Assembly (NCBI GenBank): GCA_963758695.1
Contig: CAVWWM010000009.1
Span: 263,521-327,520 of the forward strand
Origin: an uncultured Actinomycetes bacterium
GTDB taxonomy: Bacteria; Actinomycetota; Acidimicrobiia; Spongiisociales; DATADW01
Reading direction: 5' to 3'
Length of the DNA stretch: 64,000 nucleotides
A program made the position numbers and the translations under genes. Positions 20,119 through 30,896 of the stretch are shown piece by piece (positions within the stretch are counted from its first letter, which is position 1; every line of letters starts with the position of its first letter). Under the pieces are notes generated by a model. The model made no database searches, had not been told where the DNA came from, and saw only the letters and a list, made by a program, of their open reading frames with translations.

Positions 20119-21002
20119 CAGCCAAATCTCCCGGTGATGTAGTCCTCGGTCTCTGTCTTTGACGGGGAGGTGAATAGCTGATCGGTGTGGTCGAACTCGA
20201 CGAGACGCCCGGTCCTGTCGCCTTGAGAGCCGACATCGACGCTGAAGAAGGCGGTCCGGTCGCTTACTCGGGCGGCCTGCTGCATGTTGTGAGTGACGAT
20301 GATGATGGTGTAGTCCTTCTTGAGCTCGAGCATGAGCTCCTCGATCCTCAGTGTCGCGATCGGGTCGAGCGCAGAGCAGGGCTCGTCCATCAGCACCACA
20401 TCGGGGTTCGTGGCGATGGCCCTTGCGATGCAGAGTCGCTGTTGCTGGCCACCGGAGAGCGCAAGCGCCGACTCTTGGAGCTTGTCCTTGACCTCGTCCC
20501 AGAGGGCCGCCCTGGTGAGGCTCTCTTCGATGAGCGCGTCGGCATCCCCCTTGAACCCGGCGATCTTGGGCCCAAACATGATGTTCTCGTAGATGGTCTT
20601 GGGGAAAGGGTTCGGCTTCTGAAAAACCATCCCCACGTGGCGCCGCACCTGAACGGCGTCGACACCCTCCCCGTAGAGATCGACACCGTGGTAGAGGATC
20701 TTGCCCTCGACGCGGGCGATCTCGATGAGGTCGTTCATCCGGTTGAAGCAACGGAGCACAGTCGACTTACCGCACCCGGACGGGCCGATGAGGGCGGTGA
20801 TCTCGTTCTGGCGTATCGGCAGGTTCACCTCTTTCACCGCCAGGAAGTCCCCGTAGTAGACGTGCAGGTTTTGCACGTCGAGCATCACCGGCCGGTCATG
20901 ACCGGCGTCGGCCGCGTGGAGAACCGCCGGTGCTGCGATGTGCGGGGCGGTGGCCGAGTGATCGAGTACCTCCTCGATCTGCGCCGGTTGGTGCGTCGTC
21001 AT
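20118..21002 (-). CDS. pstB: phosphate ABC transporter ATP-binding protein PstB
   Basis: [24 protein letters not shown], and a TGRFG C-terminus typical of PstB. ATG 21002 has a GGAGGA SD upstream. Confidence 0.95.
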   Translation of the reverse strand: MTTHQPAQIEEVLDHSATAPHIAAPAVLHAADAGHDRPVMLDVQNLHVYYGDFLAVKEVNLPIRQNEITALIGPSGCGKSTVLRCFNRMNDLIEIARVEGKILYHGVDLYGEGVDAVQVRRHVGMVFQKPNPFPKTIYENIMFGPKIAGFKGDADALIEESLTRAALWDEVKDKLQESALALSGGQQQRLCIARAIATNPDVVLMDEPCSALDPIATLRIEELMLELKKDYTIIIVTHNMQQAARVSDRTAFFSVDVGSQGDRTGRLVEFDHTDQLFTSPSKTETEDYITGRFG

Positions 21003-21021
21003 GGGTTCGGTTCCTCCGGGA

Positions 21022-21968
21022 TCAGCTTTGTCGGGCATAGCGGTCTCTCAGGATGATGGCTACGGCGTTGATGATGAGCAGCAGGACGAGCAGCACGAGA
21101 ATGCCAGCGGCGGTGAGGGCTTGGAAGTCTGGCTGGGGCTGGCGTGACCAGTTGAAGATGACAACTGGGAGAGCGGTGTACGGCTCGGCCGTGATCAGCT
21201 CCACGAAGCTGGCGCCCGCCGCCACCTGGAAGAAGTTGGTCACCAACGCCCCGGCCAGCAGCAGGGGCGCCGCCTCTCCAAAAGCGCGGGCGATGGTGAG
21301 CACCGACCCGGTGAGCACCGCCGGCATCGCCACCGGGAGCACATGGTGGCGGATCGTCTCCCACTTGGTGGCGCCGACCCCGAACGAAGCCTCGCGCAGT
21401 GCCTGGGGCACGGCGCGGAGCGCTTCCTGGGTGGTGATGATCATGATCGGTATGACCAGGACGGCCAGGGTCAGCCCACCGGCGATGACTGTTCGCCCGT
21501 TGGTAATCGAGGACATTGCCTGGACGAACACCGCCAGACCGAGCAACCCGTAGACGATTGATGGGACCCCGGCCAGGTTGCGGATGTTGGCCACCAACAG
21601 CCGGCTGAGGGCGCTGTCCTTGGCGTACTCCTCGAGGTAGATGGCTGCCCCCACCCCGAGCGGGAAGGCGACGACAATGACGATGCCGGTGAGCGCCAGC
21701 GACCCCATGATCCCCTGGAGAATTCCCGACTGCGACGGGTCGGGGGACAACGGTGAGGTGATGAAGCTGAGTCCGCGCTCGGCGAAGACCGGCCACGCCG
21801 TCCTGATCACATCGATCAACAGGACACCGCCAGGATCAGGAGCGAGGACAGAAGAGCGGCCAAGAGCAGGAGCTGGATGAGGACATCAACCCAGCTGAGC
21901 CTCCTGCCTTGAAGGCTGCGGCGCACCAACTCTGGCGTCAATTCGCGGCGCTCGGTGGTGATAGCCAT
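21022..21968 (-). pseudogene. pstA: phosphate ABC transporter permease PstA, one frameshift as assembled
   Basis: The N-terminal TM (MAITTERREL...LLILAV, ORF 21816..22025) is in a different frame from the body (ORF 21022..21819, IDVIRTAWPVF...). The junction is at about 21820-21830. Confidence 0.8.
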
Positions 21969-21969
21969 C

Positions 21970-22897
21970 TCAGTACTTCTGCCTGAACCGACGGACGAGA
22001 CGCTCGCTGAGGATGTTGAGCCCAAGCGTCATCAAGAAGAGCAACAACCCGACGAAGAAGAGGCTCTGAAACGCGGTCGAGTCGCCCGCCACCTGGTCGG
22101 AGCCTATGGCGAGCGAGGCCATCGCCGCCGTCATCGTGGTGCCTCCCTGGGTTATGTCGACGTTGAGGAGCGCCCCACCTGACGCTCCTGCAGCGATGGC
22201 GACCACCATCGTCTCGCCCAGCGCCCGGGCGAACCCGAGGATCACCGCCGCAACGATCCCCGAGAGCGCAGCAGGAAATATGACGCGGAGGCTGGTGTGC
22301 CAGCGTTTGGCGCCGAGCCCATAAGACGCCTCGCGCAACGACTGGGGGACCGCGCGCATGGCGTCTTCGGCGACCGATGCGACCAAAGGGATGATGAGGA
22401 TGCCCACGGCGATCCCGGCTGCGCCATAGTTGAACACCTGGGTGTCCTCCCAAATGGCCTGCATGATGTTCGGAGTGATGAAGGAGAGGGCGAAGAACCC
22501 GAGCACCACGCTCGGGACCCCGGCCAGGATCTCGAGCGTCGGTTTGAGCGTCCTTCGCACCGCGGGGCGGGCGTACTCCGAGAGGTAGATGGCGGCGCCC
22601 AAGCCGAGGGGCAACGCCACGACGAGGGCAACCAGAGTGATCATCAACGATCCGACGAAGATCGTGGGGATGCTGAATCTGCCGCGCCTGGGAAACCACC
22701 CATCGGCCCACAGTTGGCTGAGGTCGATTGATCGCACGAACTCGACCGCATCGATCAACACCGAGAGCACGATGCCAACGCTCACCAGGATCGGAGAGCG
22801 CCGCGGCCAGGAAGAAGAGGGTTCGAACGATCGCCTCGCGCCTACGCCGGCGCGGGTTCCCCCTCAGCATCCTGGCCATGTCCCGTTCTGTGGTCAC
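21970..22897 (-). pseudogene. pstC: phosphate ABC transporter permease PstC, one frameshift as assembled
   Basis: The N-terminus MTTERDMARML...LFFLAAALS (frame of ORF 21938..22897) joins the body ILVSVGIVLSVLIDA... (ORF 21970..22785). The junction is at about 22790-22800. Confidence 0.8.
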
Positions 22898-22915
22898 GTA
22901 GCTCCTCGTTGGATT

Positions 22916-22945
22916 GACCGGGCGGGCACGGCTACCCGCCCGGTC
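22916..22945 (-). other. pstS-pstC intercistronic hairpin
   Basis: GACCGGGCGGG-cacggcta-CCCGCCCGGTC is a perfect 11-bp stem. Confidence 0.65.
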
Positions 22946-22955
22946 GATCCCGTTC

Positions 22956-24044
22956 TCAGCCTCCGGCTGCCGCCTTGGCGTCCTCCCAGGCGGTCCGTGT
23001 CGCTTCCAGTTCAGGGGTGTCGACGTACCCCGCCTCGGTGGTGGCGGTGATGCCCTCGTCGCTCAGATAGAAGTCGACGAAGGAAGACAGCTCGGGCCGG
23101 CTAGCAAGGTCGTTGGTCTTGACGTAGATGAACAGGGGACGTGAGATCGGGTAGCTGCCGTCTGCCACCGTCTCGATGCTCGGTGCCACACAACCCTCGC
23201 CGCCGTCGACCTCAATCGCCGTGACAGTGCCCTCGTTGGCGGTGAAGAAGGCGAACCCGACCCAACCGAGCGAGGTGTCGTTGCCGGCTACTCCCTCGAT
23301 GATGACATTGTCGTTAGGCGACGCCTGGTAGTCGGCCCGGGTGAAGTAGTCGTTCTCGCCGTCACCGTCTAGATCCTCAGGGAGCCCGCTCTTCCTGGAT
23401 CGGTTCGATGACGGTCTCCACGAAGAAGTCGTAGGTGCCCGACTCCTCACCCGGGGCCGTGATAACGAGAGGTGCCTCGGGGTAGGGAGCGTGCCCAGCG
23501 CCCAGTTCGGCAGCAGGTCGTTGGCGTCCGACCAGTTGGCGAAACCCTCTGATTCCGGCCCAACCAGCGCGTAGAGGTCGTTGAAGTCGAGGCAGGTGAC
23601 CTCGGCGTTGTTGGGGCTGGTGATGACGGTCAGTCCGTCGAGCCCGATGAGCAGCTCGACGTACTCGACCCCGGCCTCCTCGCAAAGGGCGATCTCGTCC
23701 TCTTCGATCGCCCGCGAGGCGTCGGAGATGTCGATCTCGTTATTGCAGAAGCGGGCGAGCCCGTCGCCGGTCCCGGGACCCTCGACCGAGATGGCCACCT
23801 CGGGGTTATCAGCCCCCCAGTTCTGACCGACCAGCGCGGTGATGGGCTCGACCGTGGACGATCCGGAGACGACGACGCTCCCGGCTGCTCCGGACGCAGT
23901 CGTGGCGGACCCTCCGTCGGCGGCGCTGGTATCAGCCCCACCTCCAGCGGTCGTGGTGTCGCTGGTCCCGCCCCCGCATGCGGCGACCACCAGCGCCAAG
24001 AGGCTCACCATGACCACGATTCGGACCTGCTTGCCGAATATCAT
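22956..24044 (-). pseudogene. pstS: phosphate-binding lipoprotein PstS, compensated double frameshift as assembled
   Basis: Lipobox VVAAC and a PBP-like fold. The conserved segment ELGAGHAPYPEAPLVITAPGEESGTYDFFVETVIEPIQEE is encoded in another frame (ORF 23377..23685). Junctions lie at about 23505-23512 and 23380-23397. The main frame stays open. Confidence 0.8.
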
Positions 24045-24149
24045 CGTTGCTCCCTTGCAGCTTCGATTTCTGGCCCGAAGGCCGCGGGTCGGCCCTACGC
24101 CCGACCGCCGGCCGGCAAGGTATCCACAGGTCTTGACCGCACCCTGGCT

Positions 24150-24204
24150 CGAAGATGAACGCAGGGTGAACGTTCCGACGGTTTCGCGGCCTGTGAAAGT
24201 GAAC
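24150..24204 (-). promoter_or_regulatory. putative PHO boxes upstream of pstS
   Basis: On the pstS sense strand: GTTCACTTTCA, then 22 nt, then GTTCACCCTGC GTTCATCTTCG. All three 11-nt units are in 11-nt register (offsets 0, 33, 44). They lie 106-160 nt upstream of the start codon. Confidence 0.5.
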
Positions 24205-24227
24205 GCGGAGTGTCCGGAGAACGAGTC

Positions 24228-24383
24228 GGAAGATGGAAGACGGAAGACGGAAGGAGGAGGAGAGCCCAGCGGGCTTTATGGGGGGTGCTCGAGGGGACGG
24301 CTCCTGCCTACGCGTGCCGCCTATTCAGGCGTGGTGGCCGCGGGATTTCACTTCCGTCTTCCGCCTTCCGCCTTCCGTCTTCA
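24228..24383. repeat. inverted pair of heptanucleotide tracts flanking an 88-nt core (locus C)
   Basis: The left arm is (GGAAGAC)-type x5 at 24228-24262. The right arm is (CTTCCGT/C) x5 at 24351-24383. The arms are approximately complementary. The right arm contains the CHAD gene stop codon. Confidence 0.8.
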
Positions 24384-25849
24384 CTTGAGCCACTTCGATC
24401 GGTTGCGGACCCGGTCCCAGGCTGCGGTCCACTCGGCGCCGGTGCGCGCCGCGGTCGATCGCTCGAGACCGGCGAGCTCTCCGACCACAAAACTCAGGTC
24501 GGGGTCACCGGCGCGGAACTCGTCGCGGAGCCAGCGCTGACCGACGACGGCGTCCTGGTGGGACCCGAGCACCTCCTGCAGGTCGGCGGCGGCCGAGGCG
24601 AATGATGAGGCATCCTTGCCGGCCACAGGTTCCACCGCCTCGGCGGCGTAGCGCGCCCGTTTAGCCCTGAGACGGACATTGTGGAGTTGCTCGTCGGCGG
24701 GCGGGTCGTCGAGTTCCCTCACAGCGTTGCGCAGTTTGCGCCACCGCTTGGCCACCATCGGTCGGAGTGCCTCGACGGCGGGCTCGCCGGCGTTGTCGAG
24801 AAGCCTTGGATTCACTGCCCCCTCGACCATGCGGTCGAGAAGTGCCAGGTACTCCGGCTGTTCGAGGAAGTGAATGAGGCGTGCCCGGGCGACGTGTCTG
24901 TCACCGAGACGCTGTAGCACGATCTTGTCCACCATCGATGCGTCCTCGGCCGGTAGTTGGTCGCCCATCCTGGTTAGGCGTTCGATGAGGACATCGGCGT
25001 CGCGCACCTCGCCGAACATGTTGGCCAGCAGATCGAGATCGGCACGAAGAGCTTCGGACCACTCCTGGTCGAGCACCGGGCGGAAGCTCTGCAGATACGA
25101 GCGGAACCTGCGAACGGCGACCCTCGCCTGGTGGACGCCTTCTGGGTCCACCCCTTCGACCGCCATCGGCGCATGGAGGATGAACCGACGGACAGCCGAC
25201 GAAAGCTCGGAAACGAGCAATTCCGCCGCGGTCGAATCGTCTCCCAACTCACAACGGGGACGTCTGACGGATCGACAGCTCTCGGTCCCAACACCCGAGC
25301 GAGACGCGTCTCGATGGCGTCTCCGATGTCTCCACGAAGTGCCGCCAGGAGTTTGTCGGCGCGTTCGCCGTCTGCGACAAACTGGACCTCGAGCTCGCGG
25401 AACCCCGAGGCAGGGCCTGCATCACGTCGCACGATCACGGCGTCCTCGTGCAGTTCGGCCAACAGACCACCCGCACCGTCGATGAGGCGGTAGGTGCGAC
25501 GGCTGCTGCGGAGCGACGCCAAGGGCACGATCGGCGCACCGCGGGAAAACGAGCGGGTCAGGCTGAGGGCGTCGAGCGGTACGACATCGCCATCGCCACC
25601 GAGCAGGCGCCCGATTGCTCGTGGCCTGCCATCGGGGTCGGGAAGCTCGACAGCCCACCCCTCCCCCGCCCGGAATGTCAGGGTGGCCCCCCAGCGCGCC
25701 AGCCGCAGGTCGGTGGTGTCGTGATAGGTCGTCTCGAACAGCGAAGGCGGGGCGGGGGGCGCCACCACCCGGAGGCCGAGCGAGCCCAGGTCCGGGATCC
25801 TTTCCCCGCGCTCCAATGCGAAACGAAGCGTTCGCCTCGCCTCAGTCAT
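24381..25849 (-). pseudogene. CYTH-CHAD domain protein, one frameshift as assembled
   Basis: The N-terminal CYTH-like half is ORF 24974..25849 (YHDTTDLRLARWGATLTFR...ELEV). The C-terminal CHAD half is ORF 24381..25247 (VHQARVAVRRFRS..., LHNVRLRAKRARYAAE). The junction is at about 25245-25252. Confidence 0.75.
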
Positions 25850-27923
25850 CGCGGCTCGACGCCCTCTCTATCGCCAATTCCTGGAGCCGTCTGTGGGTCT
25901 CGATGCCCCTCCCCGTGGGAACTTTCACCCAGCTTCCGTTCGCCTTCAGTTCCCAAGCCAACTCGTCATCCTCACGAAGGACGTCGAGCACCTCTTCGAG
26001 CCGTGATTGCAGCGCCGGGTCCTCCACCGGTGTCAGCGCTTCGACTCTTCGGTCGAGGTTGCGGGGCATCATGTCGGCCGATCCGATGTAGTAGAGAGGC
26101 TGTTCGGCGCCGAAGCGGTAGATCCGTGAGTGCTCCAGATATCTGCCAACGATCGAGCGGACGGTGATGTTCGATGACATCCCCTCCACGCCGGGACGGA
26201 GACAACAGATCCCGCGCACAAACAGTTCTATCCGGGTTCCGCTCTCGGAGGCCTTGTACAGCGCCTCGATCATCTCGGCGTCCACCAGCGCGTTCATCTT
26301 CATCACGATGTGTCCGCCGGGGCGGGAGGTCTCGCGGTCGATCAGCGCCAGGATCCGCTGTCTCAACTCGACCGGGGCCACGAGCAGCTTTCGGTAGTGG
26401 CTCTGCTCGCTGTATCCGGTGAGGAAGTTGAAGAGATCGGAGAGGTCGGCGCCGATGTCGTCGTCCGTGGTGAACAGTCCGACATCCTCGTAGATGCGCG
26501 CGGTGGAGTCGTTGTAGTTGCCGGTGCCGATGTGGGCGTATCGCCTGATGACGCCCTCCTCCTCGCGCACCACGAGCGTGGTCTTGGTGTGGGTCTTCAG
26601 CCCGACCAGCCCGTACACGACGTGCACCCCCACCTCCTCCAAGGCGCGCGCCCACTCGATGTTCCGCTCTTCGTCGAAGCGCGCCTTGAGCTCGACGAGG
26701 ACGGCGACCTGCTTGCCCTCGTTGGCGGCCTCGATGAGCGCCTCCATGATCGGGCTCCCGAGGACGTGCGGTAGAGGGTCTGCTTGATGGCGAGCACATC
26801 GGGGTCGGCTGCGGCTGCGGCCAGGAAAGCCTCGACCGAGGTGGAAAAGGAGTCGTATGGATGGTGTACGAGCAGATCGCCTTTGCTGATGGCAGACGAA
26901 CACGTCCGGTGGCTCGCCATCGACCGTGGCCAGCCTGGGGTCGGTCACCCAGGTCGAAAGCCGGCCAGCTGAGGTCGGGTCGGGACGAGGGCGAGACAGC
27001 GAGAACAGACCAGCCATGTCCAGCGGCCCAGGCATCTGGTACACGTCCTCGGGACCGACTTTCATCTCGCGCATGCAGGAGTTCGAGGGCGTGGTCAGGG
27101 ATCCCCGGCTCGACCTCGAGCCGCACCACCCGGCCGAAGCGCCGTCGTGTGAGCTCCGACTCGATGGCGGCGAGCAGGTCGTGGGCCTCCTCTTCCTCCA
27201 CCTCGAAGTCGGCGTTGCGGGTTACCCGGAAGGGGTGATGGTCGACGATCTCCATCCCGGGAACAACGCGTCCAGATGCGCCGCGATCACCTGCTCGAGC
27301 GACACGAAACGCTCGCCGTCGGGCATTACCACGAACCGGGGGAGGATCGGGGCACCTTGACCCTGGCGAAGCGGGTCACCGCCGGTCCGCGGGTTGCGGA
27401 CGAACACCGCCAGGTTGAGCGAGAGATTGGAGATGTAGGGGAAGGGGTGCGCCGGGTCCACGGCAAGCGGTGTCAGCCACCGGGAAGACGCGCTCGCGGA
27501 ACTGCTCGTCGAGATACTTCCGATCGTCGTCGTCGAGACTGTCGTAAGAGGAGAAGGCGATCCCGGCTTCCTCAAGGCGGGAGCCACCGACTCGTGGAAG
27601 CAGCGGGATTGGCGGTCGGACAGACCTAGGACCCGTTGCCGGATGGCCTCCAGCTGATCGGTGGCGGACAACCCGTCCGCGGAAACAGTCCGCACACCCG
27701 CCGCTTGCTGTTCCAGGAGCCCCGCCACCCTCACCTGGAAGAACTCGTCCAAGTTCGACGAGTAGATGGCGAGGAACTTGGTTCGCTCCAGCAGGGGGGT
27801 CGCCGGATCCTCGGCGATCGCGAGGACCCGCTCGTTGAAGTCGAGCCAGGAGAGCTCACGATTGGTATACCGATCCGACACTGGCCCTCGGGCTGACGAC
27901 GCAGCGAGGCTAGTAGGAATCAC
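25842..27923 (-). pseudogene. ppk: polyphosphate kinase 1, multiple frame disruptions as assembled
   Basis: PPK1 motifs are spread over all three minus frames: [76 protein letters not shown] and [15 protein letters not shown]. At least 8 frame switches were counted by eye. The net length is a multiple of 3. Confidence 0.85.
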
Positions 27924-27961
27924 GCCCTCACGTCAGATCGGCCGATGCCTCGTGCCGGACC

Positions 27962-29084
27962 TCAATCCGGGAGCACCCGCACCTCGGCGGCGGGGAATCC
28001 CTTGGCCCACCAGTGGGCATAGCGGCTGTCGACCCTCGGGTCCCTGTCGGCGAGGAACGAAACGAGCGCCCGAGCCTCTTCGGCCAGCCCATCCCAATCC
28101 TCGTCATCGAGGCGGTGGAAGGCAGTCGCCTCGATGCCTCCCTCGACCGGGCGCCAGACACCGGCGACATAGCCGTCGATGAGCAGCGTGGGGAGGACGT
28201 CGCCATTGCGCTTGATGACCAGGGCGGTATTCGGGGGGGACGATGCGGCTGCGGTCGAAGTAGGCGAGGAGGGAGTTGTCCACATCGGGAGAAGCCGCGG
28301 GGGTGCACTGGTGTCCTCGGCTGGGAGGGGCCCCGGGCACATCGAACAGCTTGGCGCCTCCGGGACCTTCCACCTCGACGACCCGGCCGTCGAGCGTCTT
28401 CAGTGCCTGCTGCGTCACCGGCCGGCGCAGAATGGTGAACAGGGCGAAATCGGGCACCGAGGCGGGGCCGAACGCCTCCAGGTAGCGCAGCACCAACGAC
28501 TGGGTGCGACTCCTCCGGTGACGCGTTCTTGGTCTTGGCAGAGAAGTACGAGGCCGCTGACCAAAAGACCATGGCCCGCCGGTCGGTGCGTGGTGCAGGG
28601 GGGCGAACCTGCGCAGCGCCCACCACACCCGTGGCTTGCGTTCGCCCACCAAGCCTTCGAGCAGGTCCTCGATCTCGACACCACGCCGCGGCTCGGCGGT
28701 GAATTCGACGAGCGGGGAAACGAGCGCGTCCGCATCGGGGATCGACAACCCGGTCGAGGTGAAGCGGGTGTCGTGGAGCACCGAGCCACGGAGGCTGGGA
28801 ACCATCACGTTGTGAAAGCCCGGGTAGTCCTCCGCGCGACGGCGTGGAGCGTGAGGCGCAGCAACGATGCCTTGACCACGATGCGGTCGGCAAATGCCGT
28901 GTCGAGGTCTGCGGGGTCGAAGTCGGCGAGCCGGTTCCACAGGGCGAGGTACGGCGAGGCTGCGTGCTGTGCCTGCAGAGCGACGATGCGGCGGACCGCT
29001 TCGACCACGTCGATCGATTCCCGACGAAGCAGCATCTGGCGAGCAAGGGTGCGCCCGGTTCAACCCTCGGGCGGTGAGGCTCAT
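27962..29084 (-). pseudogene. winged-helix DNA-binding protein (YcaQ/DUF1006-like), multiple frame disruptions
   Basis: Segments VEAVRRIVALQAQHAASPYLALW, LVLRYLEAFGPASVPDFA and LLIDGYVAGVWRP...FHRLD lie in different frames. ATG 29084 is in an ATGA overlap with the upstream stop. Confidence 0.6.
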
Positions 29085-30287
29085 CCCTTGACGCGCACCC
29101 GTCCTTCCAAACCTCGACGATGGCGGCGGACAGTGCCTCGAGATCGAGCGGGTCGCCATCCACCACCACCAGGTCGGCACGCTTCCCTGGTTGGAGAGTC
29201 CCGAACTCGCGGTCCGAGACCCATCAACTCGGCGGCGCTGTGGGTGGTGGCCACCAACACGTCGATCGGCAACATCCCCGCCCTGCTCCATCAAGCTCAG
29301 CTCCACGAGGTTGTCGCCGTGGGCATGACTCCCGTGTCCCGTGCCCATCGCCACTTTCACCCCGGCGGAAACCGCTCGGCTGAAGGAGTCGCGGTGGATC
29401 TCGATCACCTCGGTCGCCTTACGGACTGCGCTATCGGGCACCCGAGCACCCTGCTCCACCGCGGCGATCACACCATGCGGCGCCATCAGGGTCGGGACCA
29501 ACCAGGTGCCCGCGCTCCACCATCAACTCGATCGCCTCGTCATCGAGATAGATGCCGTGCTCGATCGACCTGATCCCGGCGCGGATCGCGTTCTTGATCC
29601 CGAGGTCGCTTGAGCGTGCGCCATGACGAACCGTCCTGCGGCGTTTGCCTCTTCCATCAGCAGCATCGAGTTCGGCGGTGACAGATGGGCGTGGGTCGGC
29701 TCGTCGGAGGCGGAGAGGACTTCCCCGGAGGTGGCCACCTTGATCACGTCGGCGCCACAGCGGATCAACTCCCTGACCTTGCGGCGCACCTCGTCGGGCC
29801 CGTCGACCATGGTCTCGGGGCTTCCCGGCCATGCGGGGAACAGCGGTGCGGTGACCCCGGACGCGAGCCACGGGTCGCCGTGTCCTCCGGTCTGGCTGAG
29901 CATTCCGATCGACACCTGCATCCGTCGGGCCCGGAATCAGACCCTCATCCACCGCTTTGCGCAGCCCGGCATCGGCGCCGCCCACGTCGCGCGCCGTGGT
30001 GATCCCGGCGTCGAGCGTGGCCTCCAGATTGCGCGCCGCCTCGAAGAAGCGATACGAGAGGGGCGTTTGCAGCATCCCCACATATCGATGCCGCTGATCA
30101 TGAAGTGGACATGCGTGTCGAAGAGACCGGGGATGATCGTCCGCCCCGAGCAGTCGACCTGCTCGTCGCCATCGAGACCGGAACCGATGTCCACCACGCG
30201 GCCGTCCTCGATGACCACGTCACCCGGCCCTGGAGGATGCCCGGTGCCGTCGAACACCGACCCTCCGCTGAAGACGATGCGGGTCAC
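29081..30287 (-). pseudogene. amidohydrolase-family (metal-dependent hydrolase) gene, multiple frame disruptions
   Basis: IIPGLFDTHVHF, GADVIKVATSG, RFVMAHAQ, IRSIEHGIYLD and ADLVVVDGDPL are spread over three frames. At least 7 switches were counted by eye. Confidence 0.65.
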
Positions 30288-30896
30288 CGCGCCGACAATC
30301 CGTGGAGCAGGAATTCGGCCATGGCGCCGGTGGTCTCACCGGCCACAGCCCGCGGGTCGGGGGCGTCGACCAGGGCACACGCCGACGACATGATCAGGTC
30401 CTGGATAAACCGCCCCACCAACCGGGGCGGGAGCGCCCGGAAGCGGCCCTGCTCGACGCCGACCAGGTAGAGCCGGGCGATCTCGGCTCGACAGATCCCG
30501 GTGGGCGCCATTGATCCTCTCCTGGGTCGACTCGGAGAGCTTGGAAACGTCACGGTGGAGAACCAGGCCGAGAACCGGATCGCTGGCGACGAATCCCACG
30601 GTGGACTCGGCGAGCACGGTCAGCCGGCGCTCCACGGGGAGGTCGTCGGGGACCGAGGCGATGATTTCCTCCACGACCTGGGGGAGAGCCTCCTCGACCA
30701 GCGAGGCGAGCACGTCCTCCTTGTCGCGGAAGTACTGGTAGATCGTGGTACGCCCGATCCCTACGGCGGCGGCGATGTCACCCAGGGTGAGCATCTCGTA
30801 TCCGACTTCAGCCAACAATTGGCGTGTGGCATCGATCAACTGATGCCGGGTCAGTTCCTTGTGCTCCTCGATGTTGGCGGCGCGTATCCGCGGCAT
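30284..30896 (-). pseudogene. TetR-family transcriptional regulator, one frameshift as assembled
   Basis: The HTH LTLGDIAAAVGIGRTTIYQYFRDKEDV is in ORF 30336..30986. The C-terminal half is in ORF 30284..30553. The junction is at about 30500-30515. Confidence 0.75.

Noticed and set aside
19426-20751. 441-aa ORF extending phoU upstream
   Set aside because: The extension overlaps pstB out of frame and has no PhoU similarity. PhoU begins at ATG 20118 ([12 protein letters not shown]), which overlaps the pstB stop.
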